64,000 bases of DNA from a virus. Under the pieces are notes generated by a model. It saw only the letters and a list, made by a program, of their open reading frames with translations, was not told the origin of the DNA and searched no databases. Of the stretch, positions 8,647 through 19,462 are shown piece after piece (position 1 is the stretch's first letter; each line of letters opens with the position of its first letter). Both the position numbers and the translations under genes were made by a program. The stretch covers positions 1-64,000 of the IMG/VR virus record IMGVR_UViG_3300025120_009955, one strand, 5' to 3'.

Positions 8647-10992
8647 GTGAGTAGTATTCAAGTTAAAAAACGTAGTGGTGATGTTGTTCCGTTAGACCTA
8701 GTCAAATGGCAAACTCAAGTAGCGAAGGTCTGTCGAGGTACTGCAGACGTTAGTCAATCAATGATAGAGATTAAGGCACAGCCTCATTTTTATGATGGTA
8801 TCAGCACCAGAGAGATTGATGAGATTACTTTACGTGCTGTAGTTGATCTAATTGATATAGAACACGAGCCAGAAGTAGGACACACCAATTACCAATTTGT
8901 AGCAGGCAAGCAACGCCTAAGTATGTTACGTAAAGATATATATGGTACCTATCTCCCACCTAAACTGTATGAAATTGTTAAAAAAAATGTAGACACTGGC
9001 CTGTATACAGAAGAATTACTAAAATGGTATTCAGAAGATGAATGGAACGATATGGAAAATATCATCGACCATAGTAAAGACGAAGATTATAGTTATGCGG
9101 CCATTGAACAGTTAATTGCAAAATATCTTGTTAAGAATAGATCAACAAAAGAAATTTATGAGACTCCACAGATTCGTTATATAATTGCCGCGGCAACAGT
9201 ATTCCATAAAGAAGAAACAAATAAAAGATTAAAGTTTATTAAAGAGTACTATACCTGCGCCAGCGATGGATTGTTTACCCTAGCAACTCCCGTACTGGCT
9301 GGCCTAGGTACCCCTACAAAACAGTTTAGCTCGTGTGTATTAATTAAAGCAGACGACAACTTAGACTCAATATTTGCATCAGGTGAAATGATGGCAAAAT
9401 ATGCGGCTAAACGTGCAGGCATTGGCCTAGAGGTAGGAAGATTAAGACCATTAGGTAGTCCCATTAGAGGTGGTGAAGTTATGCACACTGGTATGATTCC
9501 ATTTTTAAAGAAATGGTTTGGTGACCTACGATCGTGTAGCCAAGGTGGTATACGTAATGCTTCAGCAACAGTATTTTATCCCATATGGCATCATCAATTT
9601 GATGATCTAATAGTATTAAAAAACAACCAAGGAACAGAAGAAACTCGTGTACGTCATATGGACTATGGTGTAGTATTGAATGCTTTCTTTTTTAGACGAT
9701 TCAAGAACAAAGAAAATATTACATTCTTTGATCCAAACGAAGTTCCTGATTTGTATGAAGCATTTTATACAGACACAAAACTATTTGAAGACTTATATAT
9801 ACAGTACGAAAAACAAAGAAACTTACGTAAAAAAGTAATATCAGCTGAAGAAGTATTTAAAGCAGGCATACTTAAAGAACGTACAGATACTGGTAGAATA
9901 TATCTTGCATTTACTGACAACGTAATGAAACAAGGACCATTTGATCCTGAACATCATCCAATATATCAAAGTAATCTATGTTGTGAAATACTGTTACCAA
10001 CTAAACCGTTTAAGAGATTAGATGATCCTAATGGACGTATTGCTTTATGTACTCTAGGAAGTATTAATTGGGGTAGTTTTAGAAATCCAGAAGATATGCG
10101 TAGAGCCTGTCGTATATTACAACGTTCATTATGCAACATATTAGATTATCAAGATTTCTTAAGTGTACAAAGTAAATTGTCAAATGATGAGATATCACCA
10201 CTAGGTGTTGGTGTTACTAATTTAGCTTACTGGCACGCTAAACGAGGAATGAAGTACGGAGAGAAAGAAGCATTACAAGAAGTTAAAACTTGGATGGAGC
10301 ATCAAGCATTTTATCTAACTCAAGGTACTGTTGAACTAGCTAAAGAACGTGGTGCCTGTAAACATAGTGCATACACACGTTATGGACGAGGAGAATTTCC
10401 CTGGGAAAATCGTGCTAAAGGTGTTAATAAACTAACAGACTTTACTCCAACAAATGATTTAAACTGGGAAACTCTACGTCATGATATGAGGATGTATGGT
10501 GTGCGTAATGCTACACTAATGGCTATTGCTCCAGTTGAATCAAGTTCTGTTGTAGTTAGTAGCACCAATGGTATTGAGATGCCAATGAGCTTGATATCAG
10601 TTAAAGAATCCAAAGCAGGATCGTTAATACAGGTAGTTCCGGAGTATAATAAATTAAAGAATAAATATGAACTGATGTGGGACCAAAAGGATTGTGAAGC
10701 ATACCTTAAAACGGCCGCGGTACTAGCCGCTTATGTGGATCAAAGCATAAGTACAAATACCTTTTATAATCCAGCACATTTTCCGGAACGTAAGGTACCA
10801 ACAACTATAATTGCTAAGAATCTAATGCAGGCACACGCCTGGGGCATCAAAACCTTCTATTACAGTCTTATTAACAAGGCTGGTAGTAAAAACATAGATG
10901 ACGTATTAGATGAAAGTAATCTTTTACCCTTGTCTGATACTGTAAGACAAGATTTTATTGACGATGATGACTGTGAGGCGTGTAAACTATAA
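8647..10992 (+). CDS. nrdA: Class Ia ribonucleotide reductase alpha subunit
   Basis: ATP-cone-like start VKKRSG, QFSSCVL, SNLCCEI, C-terminal CEACKL. Confidence 0.97.
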   Translation: MSSIQVKKRSGDVVPLDLVKWQTQVAKVCRGTADVSQSMIEIKAQPHFYDGISTREIDEITLRAVVDLIDIEHEPEVGHTNYQFVAGKQRLSMLRKDIYGTYLPPKLYEIVKKNVDTGLYTEELLKWYSEDEWNDMENIIDHSKDEDYSYAAIEQLIAKYLVKNRSTKEIYETPQIRYIIAAATVFHKEETNKRLKFIKEYYTCASDGLFTLATPVLAGLGTPTKQFSSCVLIKADDNLDSIFASGEMMAKYAAKRAGIGLEVGRLRPLGSPIRGGEVMHTGMIPFLKKWFGDLRSCSQGGIRNASATVFYPIWHHQFDDLIVLKNNQGTEETRVRHMDYGVVLNAFFFRRFKNKENITFFDPNEVPDLYEAFYTDTKLFEDLYIQYEKQRNLRKKVISAEEVFKAGILKERTDTGRIYLAFTDNVMKQGPFDPEHHPIYQSNLCCEILLPTKPFKRLDDPNGRIALCTLGSINWGSFRNPEDMRRACRILQRSLCNILDYQDFLSVQSKLSNDEISPLGVGVTNLAYWHAKRGMKYGEKEALQEVKTWMEHQAFYLTQGTVELAKERGACKHSAYTRYGRGEFPWENRAKGVNKLTDFTPTNDLNWETLRHDMRMYGVRNATLMAIAPVESSSVVVSSTNGIEMPMSLISVKESKAGSLIQVVPEYNKLKNKYELMWDQKDCEAYLKTAAVLAAYVDQSISTNTFYNPAHFPERKVPTTIIAKNLMQAHAWGIKTFYYSLINKAGSKNIDDVLDESNLLPLSDTVRQDFIDDDDCEACKL

Positions 10993-12095
10993 TGAGTAAA
11001 GAACAATATAACTTAAAAACAAAAACTGATTATCTAAATAGAAAGATGTTCCTTGACCCCCAAGGTCCTGTAACAATACAGAGATTCGAAGAAGTAAAAT
11101 ACAACAAGATAGTTAGTCTAGAACAGACTGCTAGAGGATTCTTTTGGATTCCTGAAGAAATTAGCTTAACAAAAGATTCAAATGATTTTAAAACTGCTAG
11201 TGATACAGTTAAACATATATTCACATCAAATCTGTTAAGGCAAACAGCGTTAGATAGTCTGCAAGGGCGTGGCCCAGCACAGGTATTTACACCAGTAGTT
11301 GGACTGCCTGAACTAGAAGCGTTGATGTTTAATTGGTCATTCTTTGAAACTAACATTCACTCTAGAAGTTACAGTCATATTATACGTAACATCTACAATG
11401 TGCCTAAAGAAGTTTTTAATACAATTCACGACACCAATGAAATTATTGATATGGCTTCTAATATTGGTGAATACTACGACAAATTGCACGTAATTAATTG
11501 TAAGAAAGAATTAGGACACAAGATTGCCGAGCAGGACCATATCAATGCAATATGGCTAGCACTAAATGCAAGCTATGGTCTAGAAGCATTCCGATTTATG
11601 GTATCATTTGCTACAAGTCTTGCAATGGTAGAAAATAGAATCTTTATGGGTAACGGAAATATTATTAGCCTAATCCTACAAGATGAATTACTGCATAAAG
11701 AATGGACTGCTTGGATGATTAAACAGGTAGTTAAAGAGGACAAGAGATTTGCAAAAGCTAAAGAACAATGTGAAGCTGAAGTATATCAAATGTATATAGA
11801 TGTTATAGCTGAAGAAAAAGCCTGGGCAGACTATCTATTCAAATTGGGCCCGGTTATTGGTCTTAATGCAAACATACTTAAAGAGTTTGTTGACTACACA
11901 GCAGTTAGTGCCCTTAAAGATATTGGTATTAAGTATCAAGATCCAGCACCTAAGACTACTCCGATACCGTGGTTTAATAAACACAGTGATACTAGTAAAA
12001 AACAAACAGCACTACAAGAAAACGAATCAACTAATTATGTCATTGGTGTAATGGACGGAAGTCTTGAATACGATGAATTACCGGAGTTAGATTAA
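10992..12095 (+). CDS. nrdB: Class Ia ribonucleotide reductase beta subunit
   Basis: FFWIPEE, ETNIHSRSY, DELLH diiron motifs. Confidence 0.96.
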   Translation: MSKEQYNLKTKTDYLNRKMFLDPQGPVTIQRFEEVKYNKIVSLEQTARGFFWIPEEISLTKDSNDFKTASDTVKHIFTSNLLRQTALDSLQGRGPAQVFTPVVGLPELEALMFNWSFFETNIHSRSYSHIIRNIYNVPKEVFNTIHDTNEIIDMASNIGEYYDKLHVINCKKELGHKIAEQDHINAIWLALNASYGLEAFRFMVSFATSLAMVENRIFMGNGNIISLILQDELLHKEWTAWMIKQVVKEDKRFAKAKEQCEAEVYQMYIDVIAEEKAWADYLFKLGPVIGLNANILKEFVDYTAVSALKDIGIKYQDPAPKTTPIPWFNKHSDTSKKQTALQENESTNYVIGVMDGSLEYDELPELD

Positions 12096-12096
12096 A

Positions 12097-12360
12097 ATGC
12101 TCAAGATATACACAAGAAATACCTGTCAATATTGTAGTTCAGCAAAAGCTGTATTAACCAATAAAGGAATTACCTACGAAGAAGTTAACGTAGATAAAGA
12201 TCCAACTGCCCGTGAGTGGCTAATGGAAAAAGGTCATCGATCAGTACCTCAATTATACATTGGGGAAACACTGTTTGTAGAAGGTGGCTTTCAAGGACTG
12301 ACTAAGTTGTCAGATGAAGAAATCAACGAAAGATTAGGAGAAACAGATGTTAGTGAATAA
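12097..12360 (+). CDS. Glutaredoxin (NrdC/GrxC-like)
   Basis: CQYC, SVPQ and GGF motifs; directly follows nrdB. Confidence 0.9.
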   Translation: MLKIYTRNTCQYCSSAKAVLTNKGITYEEVNVDKDPTAREWLMEKGHRSVPQLYIGETLFVEGGFQGLTKLSDEEINERLGETDVSE

Positions 12361-12661
12361 GTATGAAGCAGATCAAATAGTAAGTTTTAAATTAGTTAAT
12401 GGTGACGAGATAGTTGCTAAATTAATTGAAGAAAACAATGATACCTATACAATTGAAAAACCTTGTACAGTGATGCCTAGCCAACAAGGTCTAGGATTAA
12501 TTCAAAGTTTATTTACTAGCGAGTTAAATAAGAATGTAACACTAGAAAAGAAACACGTAATGTTACATCAAGCAACGATGCAAAAAATTGTAGATCATTA
12601 TATTAAAACAACTACAGGTATTGAAACAGCTGGGGCATCAAGCGAAATTTTACAAGCATAG
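12347..12661 (+). CDS. Sm-like fold phage protein
   Basis: FKLVNGDEIVAK...Y...TTGI pattern common in T4-like phages. Confidence 0.6.
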   Translation: MLVNKYEADQIVSFKLVNGDEIVAKLIEENNDTYTIEKPCTVMPSQQGLGLIQSLFTSELNKNVTLEKKHVMLHQATMQKIVDHYIKTTTGIETAGASSEILQA

Positions 12662-12673
12662 GACAAGTTAAAA

Positions 12674-14113
12674 ATGGCTGATACTACCGCCGCAGATTTA
12701 ATTGTAACAAGCAAATCCGGAACAGTAGTTGCGGACAACTTGCTGTTGACATTAAGTACAGCTAGTGGTAGTTCAATTACTCCTAGTACTATTAAGGCAA
12801 TGAGTGGCATTAATCAAAATTTAGCCCTTGGTGTTGCTCCTGTTGTTACAACAGCTATTGCTAAACTACAAGTTGTAGCAGATAGCTCAAGCAGTCCAGC
12901 AAATGCCGCCGCGGCCAATCTTATTGCTAATCTAAATTCAACCAACTCAACACTTGCTCCAACTAATGCAGGGTTTGGTTCATTTATAAATCAAGCACGG
13001 GGCCACGTCTCAGATGCCAATGAGATAAAAAAAGCAACTAACTTTATGGCTAATACTCCTAACTTTCCAGACTACGGCAGTGGCATAACTAATATGAGCT
13101 CATTAAGCTGTCAAGGACTTAATAACGAATTTGGTGATCTAAACAAAGCTGGTAGTATAATGAGCAAGGCTGGATCTTGTTATGACACAACTGATATGTC
13201 AACATTTGGTCAAGGCACAGGATTTATTGATAAAATTAATAAAGTTAAGATGGGAACTAGTACAGGATTAGATTCTGCACTTACAAGTAATGGAGTAGAC
13301 ATTACTAGCCTTAACGATCCAGTATATACTGAACAAATTCAAAAAACACTGCAACAGCAAAACGATCCACTAGTATTACAATCAATAACAGATCAACTTG
13401 GTGTTAGTCCGGTCGGCGATATTAATAATATGTCCGATTATCTCAACATAAACAAATTAGTTGGGCCTGAAGATTTAAACGGATTCGATAGTTCATTATC
13501 TGGTATAGGTACAAAGTTTGGTGATATGGGTGCTAGCTTTAGTAATCCAGCACAGGCTGACGTAATGTTAGGAGGACTCCAGATACCAAATGTTCCTACA
13601 CTAGATGCTAGTACTCCTTCACTAACTGAATTAGTTAGCAGTGAACAAGCACAACTAGATAGTATGACTGGAACCGGACAAGGCCCACTAGGAATGCCAA
13701 GTCTGACTGATTTCTTCCAAAGCATAAGTGGCGGTCCAGATATAGATGCACTAAACAATAGTGATATTGATATGACTAGTATAGCTAATATGGAAACAGC
13801 ATTAAACAAGCAAACTACTTTGTTTGGTCAAGCAGGGATAGATCTTTCAACACCACCACCGAACAATCTTAACAGTTCGAAGACCTTTGCAACTAACCTA
13901 CATAAATTTGGTACAGACGATATATCAAATCAACTGCTAGGCAATATGGCAAGTAATAACGAATACGGAGACTCTATTAAAAGTAGTCTCGCAGAAGGCA
14001 AAAACAACGATTTATTGGGTCAATATGGTGTCAAAAGGCCTGATTTTAACCCGTTTGAAGGAGTTCCGTCATCCGGTGGTCCAGTAGCTACACAAGGATC
14101 ATTTGGAACATAA
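12674..14113 (+). CDS. Probable virion (tail/baseplate-associated) protein
   Basis: 479 aa, rich in S/T/N/G/A, no enzymatic motif. Confidence 0.45.
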   Translation: MADTTAADLIVTSKSGTVVADNLLLTLSTASGSSITPSTIKAMSGINQNLALGVAPVVTTAIAKLQVVADSSSSPANAAAANLIANLNSTNSTLAPTNAGFGSFINQARGHVSDANEIKKATNFMANTPNFPDYGSGITNMSSLSCQGLNNEFGDLNKAGSIMSKAGSCYDTTDMSTFGQGTGFIDKINKVKMGTSTGLDSALTSNGVDITSLNDPVYTEQIQKTLQQQNDPLVLQSITDQLGVSPVGDINNMSDYLNINKLVGPEDLNGFDSSLSGIGTKFGDMGASFSNPAQADVMLGGLQIPNVPTLDASTPSLTELVSSEQAQLDSMTGTGQGPLGMPSLTDFFQSISGGPDIDALNNSDIDMTSIANMETALNKQTTLFGQAGIDLSTPPPNNLNSSKTFATNLHKFGTDDISNQLLGNMASNNEYGDSIKSSLAEGKNNDLLGQYGVKRPDFNPFEGVPSSGGPVATQGSFGT

Positions 14114-14801
14114 ACATCTACATCTTAATCCAGTAACAGAGTATGAAACTATCAAAGACTGGGTTTTTAAACTAATTGGAAAAGAAATAACTCCTCGCAA
14201 TTTAGTTAAAGTTCTAGGTAAACAACTTAATAAACATCACCCTATTAGGGTAAAGCTGGCACAAACTAATGATCTTGATGAGGGAGATTGGTGCATTGGA
14301 GCAGAGTATGATCCAGGACTTGACGAAGCAGGCAAAAAACAGTTTATAATTGACTTTATAATTAATCATCTAAAAACAAAGCCTTTATTAATTACCGAAC
14401 AAGTAGCCGGAAAATTAGCATTTGATTTAACAGAAGTACTAATACACGAGTATGAACATCAAAGACAGTATAGGAATAGAAGATATAAACAGAATAAAAA
14501 TTTATACAAAAGCACACATCAAAATATTAAGATAAAGCAGGATCAGGAATATCTAGGTAATCCAGATGAAATAGAAGCATATGGAATGAATATAGCGGCC
14601 AGATATTACCTGATGGAATATAAGTTAAATATTACTAACGAGAAAGAGATACACAGTCCGGACTTAGAAACATACTATAAAGCATTTGGTAAGAAACACG
14701 CAATAACTAAACAGCTACAAGAAAAGATAAGAGAAAATATAGAATATTATAAGGAGAACGACAATGGCAAAAAAAGAAAATACTTCAAAAGACCTAGGTA
14801 A
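14103..14801 (+). CDS. Putative zincin metalloprotease-like protein
   Basis: HEYEH motif plus YLGNPDEIEAY; start uncertain. Confidence 0.6.
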   Translation: MEHKHLHLNPVTEYETIKDWVFKLIGKEITPRNLVKVLGKQLNKHHPIRVKLAQTNDLDEGDWCIGAEYDPGLDEAGKKQFIIDFIINHLKTKPLLITEQVAGKLAFDLTEVLIHEYEHQRQYRNRRYKQNKNLYKSTHQNIKIKQDQEYLGNPDEIEAYGMNIAARYYLMEYKLNITNEKEIHSPDLETYYKAFGKKHAITKQLQEKIRENIEYYKENDNGKKRKYFKRPR

Positions 14802-15003
14802 AGATGACATTGAGTTTGAAAGTAACGATGAAGGTTTTAGTGCTGAAGATTATATATTTGTTTGTACTCCAAACGGAGAGTTGAAAGAAGTTGTATTTCC
14901 AGTAACAGATTCAATGAGATATCCAGCTAAACTGTTAGAAGTGTTTGAACATTTTGGAATTGACGATCCTGACAGTTTGCTTGTACCAAAAGTACTACAC
15001 TAG
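14764..15003 (+). CDS. Hypothetical protein
   Basis: AAGGAG RBS, 79 aa, acidic. Confidence 0.6.
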   Translation: MAKKENTSKDLGKDDIEFESNDEGFSAEDYIFVCTPNGELKEVVFPVTDSMRYPAKLLEVFEHFGIDDPDSLLVPKVLH

Positions 15004-15512
15004 CCAAGCATACGACGTAGCTGACGTAAAGTATCAGCTACATCATCTTTAAACAATATAGCTTTCCCCCCAACACTTTCCCATTCTTCGATATTACTGA
15101 TTCTATCATCAATTAATACATCATTTTCTTCTTTATGATGAGATTTCTTATCTACAGTATAAGGTCCTAAGAATAAAGGAATACCTGGAAAACGCTTTTT
15201 AATCCAATGTGTTTTATCCCAGAATACCCATTGCATATTATTTTCACGTGGCACTGCTGAGAGGAATGCAATATTCATTTCCTTATCGTTAGCTATTTTT
15301 TTTAATTCATTTACTAGTTTAACAGCATCAGGCATTAGTTCTAGTTTACTGTAAATTCTTTCATCAACACAAATTTTAAACCAATCGTCAGTACTGTATC
15401 TATGCCCTCTTTTCGGCCGATGCCCAACAACTGCTTCTGCGTATCCTTCGAAGTCTGCTACTACACCATCCATATCTAAATATATTGTTGACATTGTTTT
15501 TTTATCTGACAT
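15000..15512 (-). CDS. HAD-family 5'(3')-deoxyribonucleotidase
   Basis: YLDMDGVVADF and LIDDR..NI..W...GG. Confidence 0.85.
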   Translation of the reverse strand: MSDKKTMSTIYLDMDGVVADFEGYAEAVVGHRPKRGHRYSTDDWFKICVDERIYSKLELMPDAVKLVNELKKIANDKEMNIAFLSAVPRENNMQWVFWDKTHWIKKRFPGIPLFLGPYTVDKKSHHKEENDVLIDDRISNIEEWESVGGKAILFKDDVADTLRQLRRMLG

Positions 15513-15520
15513 TATTTTTC

Positions 15521-16672
15521 CTAAATTTCAATTTGTTGGTTACCGCGATTGGGGAAATAATCCTTTTGTTCACCTACTCTATTAAGGTCTGATGTGATAC
15601 AATGTAACCCACCATCCCAAAAGTATCTATGACGGAAATTTATAATATGTGGAGTAATACCATGGCGATCAAACGCTTCGAACACTTCCTTGTTATAGTT
15701 ATTAACTACTACATTTTGTTCGTTTATAACCAGAACATTAACATCAAACACAGTCTCTTCTACATATCCAACCCAATGGCCCATCCATTCATTTACGTAA
15801 TCTGTAAATTCATCATTAGTCTCTTCACCAGGTACCCACCATTTACCTTCGTTTTTATCTTTAAGACCAAGAAATTCCGGGATCTTACCCCAACTCTGTT
15901 CTGGAAGATACACAACTTCCCATCCTGGAAATGTTTCACTATATGTTTGTACATCTCGTAGACTTAGAATTAAACCTGGTTTAACCGGACAAAAAATACC
16001 GTCACTGTGTCCACCTGAGTTTACAATATGATTGCGATGGTCAGGGAATAGTGCTTGTCTTTCACTCAGTATTGGTTTGAAGTCATCAGTTTTAACGTTA
16101 GTACCATGGTATAAATCTTTACCAATTCGTGTTGTGAAAGCGCCATTAACAGTATTTTTCTCTTTAACCAACTCGCATTTATCTCCAAGACTATCTAGCA
16201 TACCTTTCCAACCAAAATAGTGAGACCCAGGATCACTTATACCAAATTGATTAAAAGCTTCATCGAGAATCCATTGTGGAATATCTTTTGGGGATTCTGG
16301 CCGATCTCCCCAGCTTTCGCCTTTAATGGCATCCCATTTAATCATAAGGTCATGAAAATTAAAAAAGAACCTATTACCAATCATAGCAGTATGATCTCTA
16401 GGTACCATTGGCGGAGGAACAATTTTACCATTATAATCTAGATAATTTTTATAATCAGTGCTGACATACGGTCTGTGAATTTCTATATCAAATGATTTTA
16501 ATAATGCGATTACCTTCTGATAGTCTTCTTCTGTTTCTTCAGCAATACGTTCCATAACTGTACGTGCTTTACTATTTTTAATCCACGAATAGAACTCTGG
16601 TGCATATGATTTCCCTACAGCACAGACTTTGAGTGGATCCCAATGTTGATTTACACTATATTTTGTGATCAT
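15521..16672 (-). CDS. Amidinotransferase-family enzyme (paralog A)
   Basis: WDPLKVC.VG, PRD, GHSDG, FDVNVL, GGLHCIT (pentein catalytic Cys). Confidence 0.85.
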   Translation of the reverse strand: MITKYSVNQHWDPLKVCAVGKSYAPEFYSWIKNSKARTVMERIAEETEEDYQKVIALLKSFDIEIHRPYVSTDYKNYLDYNGKIVPPPMVPRDHTAMIGNRFFFNFHDLMIKWDAIKGESWGDRPESPKDIPQWILDEAFNQFGISDPGSHYFGWKGMLDSLGDKCELVKEKNTVNGAFTTRIGKDLYHGTNVKTDDFKPILSERQALFPDHRNHIVNSGGHSDGIFCPVKPGLILSLRDVQTYSETFPGWEVVYLPEQSWGKIPEFLGLKDKNEGKWWVPGEETNDEFTDYVNEWMGHWVGYVEETVFDVNVLVINEQNVVVNNYNKEVFEAFDRHGITPHIINFRHRYFWDGGLHCITSDLNRVGEQKDYFPNRGNQQIEI

Positions 16673-17790
16673 TTGAAATATTCCTTTTGTTTACCTTCTC
16701 TGTAAAGGTCTAATGTAATGCAGTGCAATCCGCCGTCCCAGAAATATCTATGGCGCCATGGCACATACACCGGTTCTACATTATGCTTTTTTAAAAATGT
16801 ATTTACTTGTTCGTTGTTAGGGTTTGATATACAACAATGATGTTCATCTAACATTAGCACGTTAACGTCGAACACTGTTTCTTCAACATAACCAACCCAA
16901 TCTTGTAACCAAGTTTCGACGAAGTGTGTAAACTCCGCATTATCTTCCTCACCAGCAAGCCACCACTTGCCAGCATTTTTCCTTTTTAGATCTAAAAAGC
17001 CTTTCACTTTGTTCCAACTTTGATCCTGCAAATAACATACGTCCCAGCCAGGAAACATTGTTTCATATGTCTGCACGTCATACAAACTTAATATTGCTCC
17101 AGGCTTTATAGGATGATAGTTTCCATCACTATGTCCTACCAATGGCACAAAGTTTACATCAGTAAAAAGTCCAGTAGGATCATATGTTCTTTTAAAATCA
17201 AATGTTTTATCAGCAACAGTCTCCATACCAATGTCAATACGTTTCCCTAGAGGAAAACTTCCTGCACTAGATAAGTCAAAAGTTTTTACATAATCCTTTT
17301 GTAGTTCTTGCCAAATGTCCGGCTGGAAAAAACTCTCGTTAGTAAAGTTGTTTTTATAATCATCATAACTAGGATAATCTGCTCCAGCAATTAGATCATA
17401 ATCAGTATCAGTGAGAAGCATTGCAACTCCTGTATCTAAATCTCCATATTTTTCTAAACATCTATGGATAGCATAATGATCAGTTTTATTTGACCAAGCA
17501 CGATTCCCTAGAACTAGTTGAGAATCTCTAGGTTGTAGTGGGCCACGTGGGTATTCTTTAGGATTATCTATAAAGCGTTCAGTGTTATCCAATTCAGGTT
17601 GTATAACCTCTACACCAAAGTCTAGTAAAATATTTTTGAAACCTTCAAGGTCTTCAAGTGTTTCTTGACATATTCGTTTAAGCGGAGATTCTGCTCGAGT
17701 ACCTAGCCCGTCAAAAAACTCTGGTGCATAGTTGTTTCCTAGCATACATACTTTGAGTGGATCCCATTTGTTCCATATGTTATACTTCAT
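16669..17790 (-). CDS. Amidinotransferase-family enzyme (paralog B)
   Basis: WDPLKVC, QPRD, GHSDG, WDGGLHCITLDL. Confidence 0.85.
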   Translation of the reverse strand: MKYNIWNKWDPLKVCMLGNNYAPEFFDGLGTRAESPLKRICQETLEDLEGFKNILLDFGVEVIQPELDNTERFIDNPKEYPRGPLQPRDSQLVLGNRAWSNKTDHYAIHRCLEKYGDLDTGVAMLLTDTDYDLIAGADYPSYDDYKNNFTNESFFQPDIWQELQKDYVKTFDLSSAGSFPLGKRIDIGMETVADKTFDFKRTYDPTGLFTDVNFVPLVGHSDGNYHPIKPGAILSLYDVQTYETMFPGWDVCYLQDQSWNKVKGFLDLKRKNAGKWWLAGEEDNAEFTHFVETWLQDWVGYVEETVFDVNVLMLDEHHCCISNPNNEQVNTFLKKHNVEPVYVPWRHRYFWDGGLHCITLDLYREGKQKEYFK

Positions 17791-18112
17791 CCGGGTAATC
17801 TCGGTATAAGGCGTGTTGTATCGTTGCAGTATCTACAAATCTATTAAAGCTCATATGTTTTTCTTCTAGCTCACCTTTAAGAGGTGCAACCCTGGTGTGG
17901 GCTTTGTCTAACTGTTCCATATTTTTAAACTCCATCATGATATGCCATTCAGGTATATCCATACTCCTAAACCCTAGTTTCATACGCATCACACGAAACT
18001 TTTCCATTATGCCTTCGTCGACTAACTGCTGTAAGAAAGCATTCATATTATCAATCCATTGTTGATCATCTATGTTGCCTTTCTTGTCGGCCCAAATATT
18101 GTATACGTCCAC
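17780..18112 (-). CDS. Small alpha/beta-barrel protein (DUF6614-like)
   Basis: YNIWAD...KLGFRS...EWHIMMEF...LYRDYPD. Confidence 0.55.
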   Translation of the reverse strand: MDVYNIWADKKGNIDDQQWIDNMNAFLQQLVDEGIMEKFRVMRMKLGFRSMDIPEWHIMMEFKNMEQLDKAHTRVAPLKGELEEKHMSFNRFVDTATIQHALYRDYPDEV

Positions 18113-18561
18113 TATATTTCTCCTAATAATTCAAATCCATCAAACTTACTTTTATACTTGTGTGCTTCACCTAGGTAATAATACTTGTATCCTTGGTCTT
18201 TATAATATGCACATTCATTTTCCAAACTTATACGTCCTAAACTTAGTTTAGGTTTTGCATAGTCCCAAGCAAATTGAACGGCATACACTACATCTTTATT
18301 ATACTTGGTTACTACACTCCACGCAACCAATTTAGCATCATCATAATAACCAACGACATCGTTATGATTCCACATAAACTCATTTTCCCACATTGGTTCA
18401 ACACTAAGAAACTTTTTATAGTTACAATACTTCTTAAAGATTGATTGGAGTTCATCGATATCGGGATTAATAATTATCTTAAAGTCGGCTTTGGAAGTAT
18501 AGTTAGTCTTAGATAGATCGATCCTAGCGTAATATAGATTCTGGTCGTTGGGTGAAAGCAT
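18112..18561 (-). CDS. GNAT protein resembling the C-terminal domain of ATE1/Bpt aminoacyl-tRNA-protein transferases
   Basis: KLVAWS...WDY..PKLSLGRISL..E......GYKYYYLG....YK. Confidence 0.55.
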   Translation of the reverse strand: MLSPNDQNLYYARIDLSKTNYTSKADFKIIINPDIDELQSIFKKYCNYKKFLSVEPMWENEFMWNHNDVVGYYDDAKLVAWSVVTKYNKDVVYAVQFAWDYAKPKLSLGRISLENECAYYKDQGYKYYYLGEAHKYKSKFDGFELLGEI

Positions 18562-18592
18562 ATGTTGAAGTTTTAAATAATAGTAATTAAAA

Positions 18593-19057
18593 CTATTTAT
18601 AACGCCATGATACTACACTATCAACTTCCGATTTACTCCAATGATCATAATAACCTTTGTCTCTAATCTTGTCAGCGGCCGCATTCAATTCTTTCAGCCG
18701 TTGTACTATTAGTAATGCTGAATGTCCAAAGTTCATACTAACACCGTTTACTGTTTCGACTAATTCAGGATGATCTTCTAGTATCACAATGTCATCTGGC
18801 ATATAAGAATCATTGAGATCTTGTGCTATTTGCCTAAATTCTTGTGCTGTAAATTCTTCAGTTGGATACCAAAACACATAAACTTCCTGTGTCCAGTTTA
18901 TACTTTCAATATCTATTAGAGGATTAGTACCTTGCTGTATGTTAATTTGATTGTTTATACGTGCGGCCCGTGCATACGGACAGGGTGCCCAATTACCTAA
19001 TTTAGGATTAGGTTTTTCAACAAAATCTTTCATCCATTGTACAATTTTTTCTTGCAT
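18593..19057 (-). CDS. Hypothetical protein (DUF1415/DUF6875-like)
   Basis: W..DFVEKPNPKLG.WAPCPYA. Confidence 0.5.
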   Translation of the reverse strand: MQEKIVQWMKDFVEKPNPKLGNWAPCPYARAARINNQINIQQGTNPLIDIESINWTQEVYVFWYPTEEFTAQEFRQIAQDLNDSYMPDDIVILEDHPELVETVNGVSMNFGHSALLIVQRLKELNAAADKIRDKGYYDHWSKSEVDSVVSWRYK

Positions 19058-19154
19058 CAGTTACCTAACAGCCATGGATTATTAATAATCCACCCTAGTG
19101 TATATAACGCTAGTACGACAAAAGTTACTACTGTGACATTTAATATATAACGTA

Positions 19155-19427
19155 TCATGATTTTATCTCGGTAGGAGTATCGAATAATTCTAACTGTACA
19201 GGCAAGCCATAGTTCCTAACCATCTCCACTAGTGGATCGTATAGATTATCAGTTGAATCCACAAGTTCAAAATCGTCATCATAGTAATCATACCAATCAC
19301 CTATCTCACAGTCGTCTGAATCGCCACTTTGAACTCTTTTCCAAGCTTCTTTTTTTGTGTTAGCTTCGATGTAAGTAAATTCTTGATAAATTACTCTGCG
19401 TTCAAATGTGTATTGATTAATAGCCAT
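19155..19427 (-). CDS. Small acidic early protein
   Basis: IEANTKKEA motif; TTGCAA-N17-TATAAT upstream on the minus strand. Confidence 0.6.
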   Translation of the reverse strand: MAINQYTFERRVIYQEFTYIEANTKKEAWKRVQSGDSDDCEIGDWYDYYDDDFELVDSTDNLYDPLVEMVRNYGLPVQLELFDTPTEIKS

Positions 19428-19462
19428 ACGTTATTATAACATTATTTGGTAAAAATTGCAAG

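Noticed and set aside
8647-12095. Introns or inteins in nrdA/nrdB
   Set aside because: Both ORFs are continuous and of normal length.
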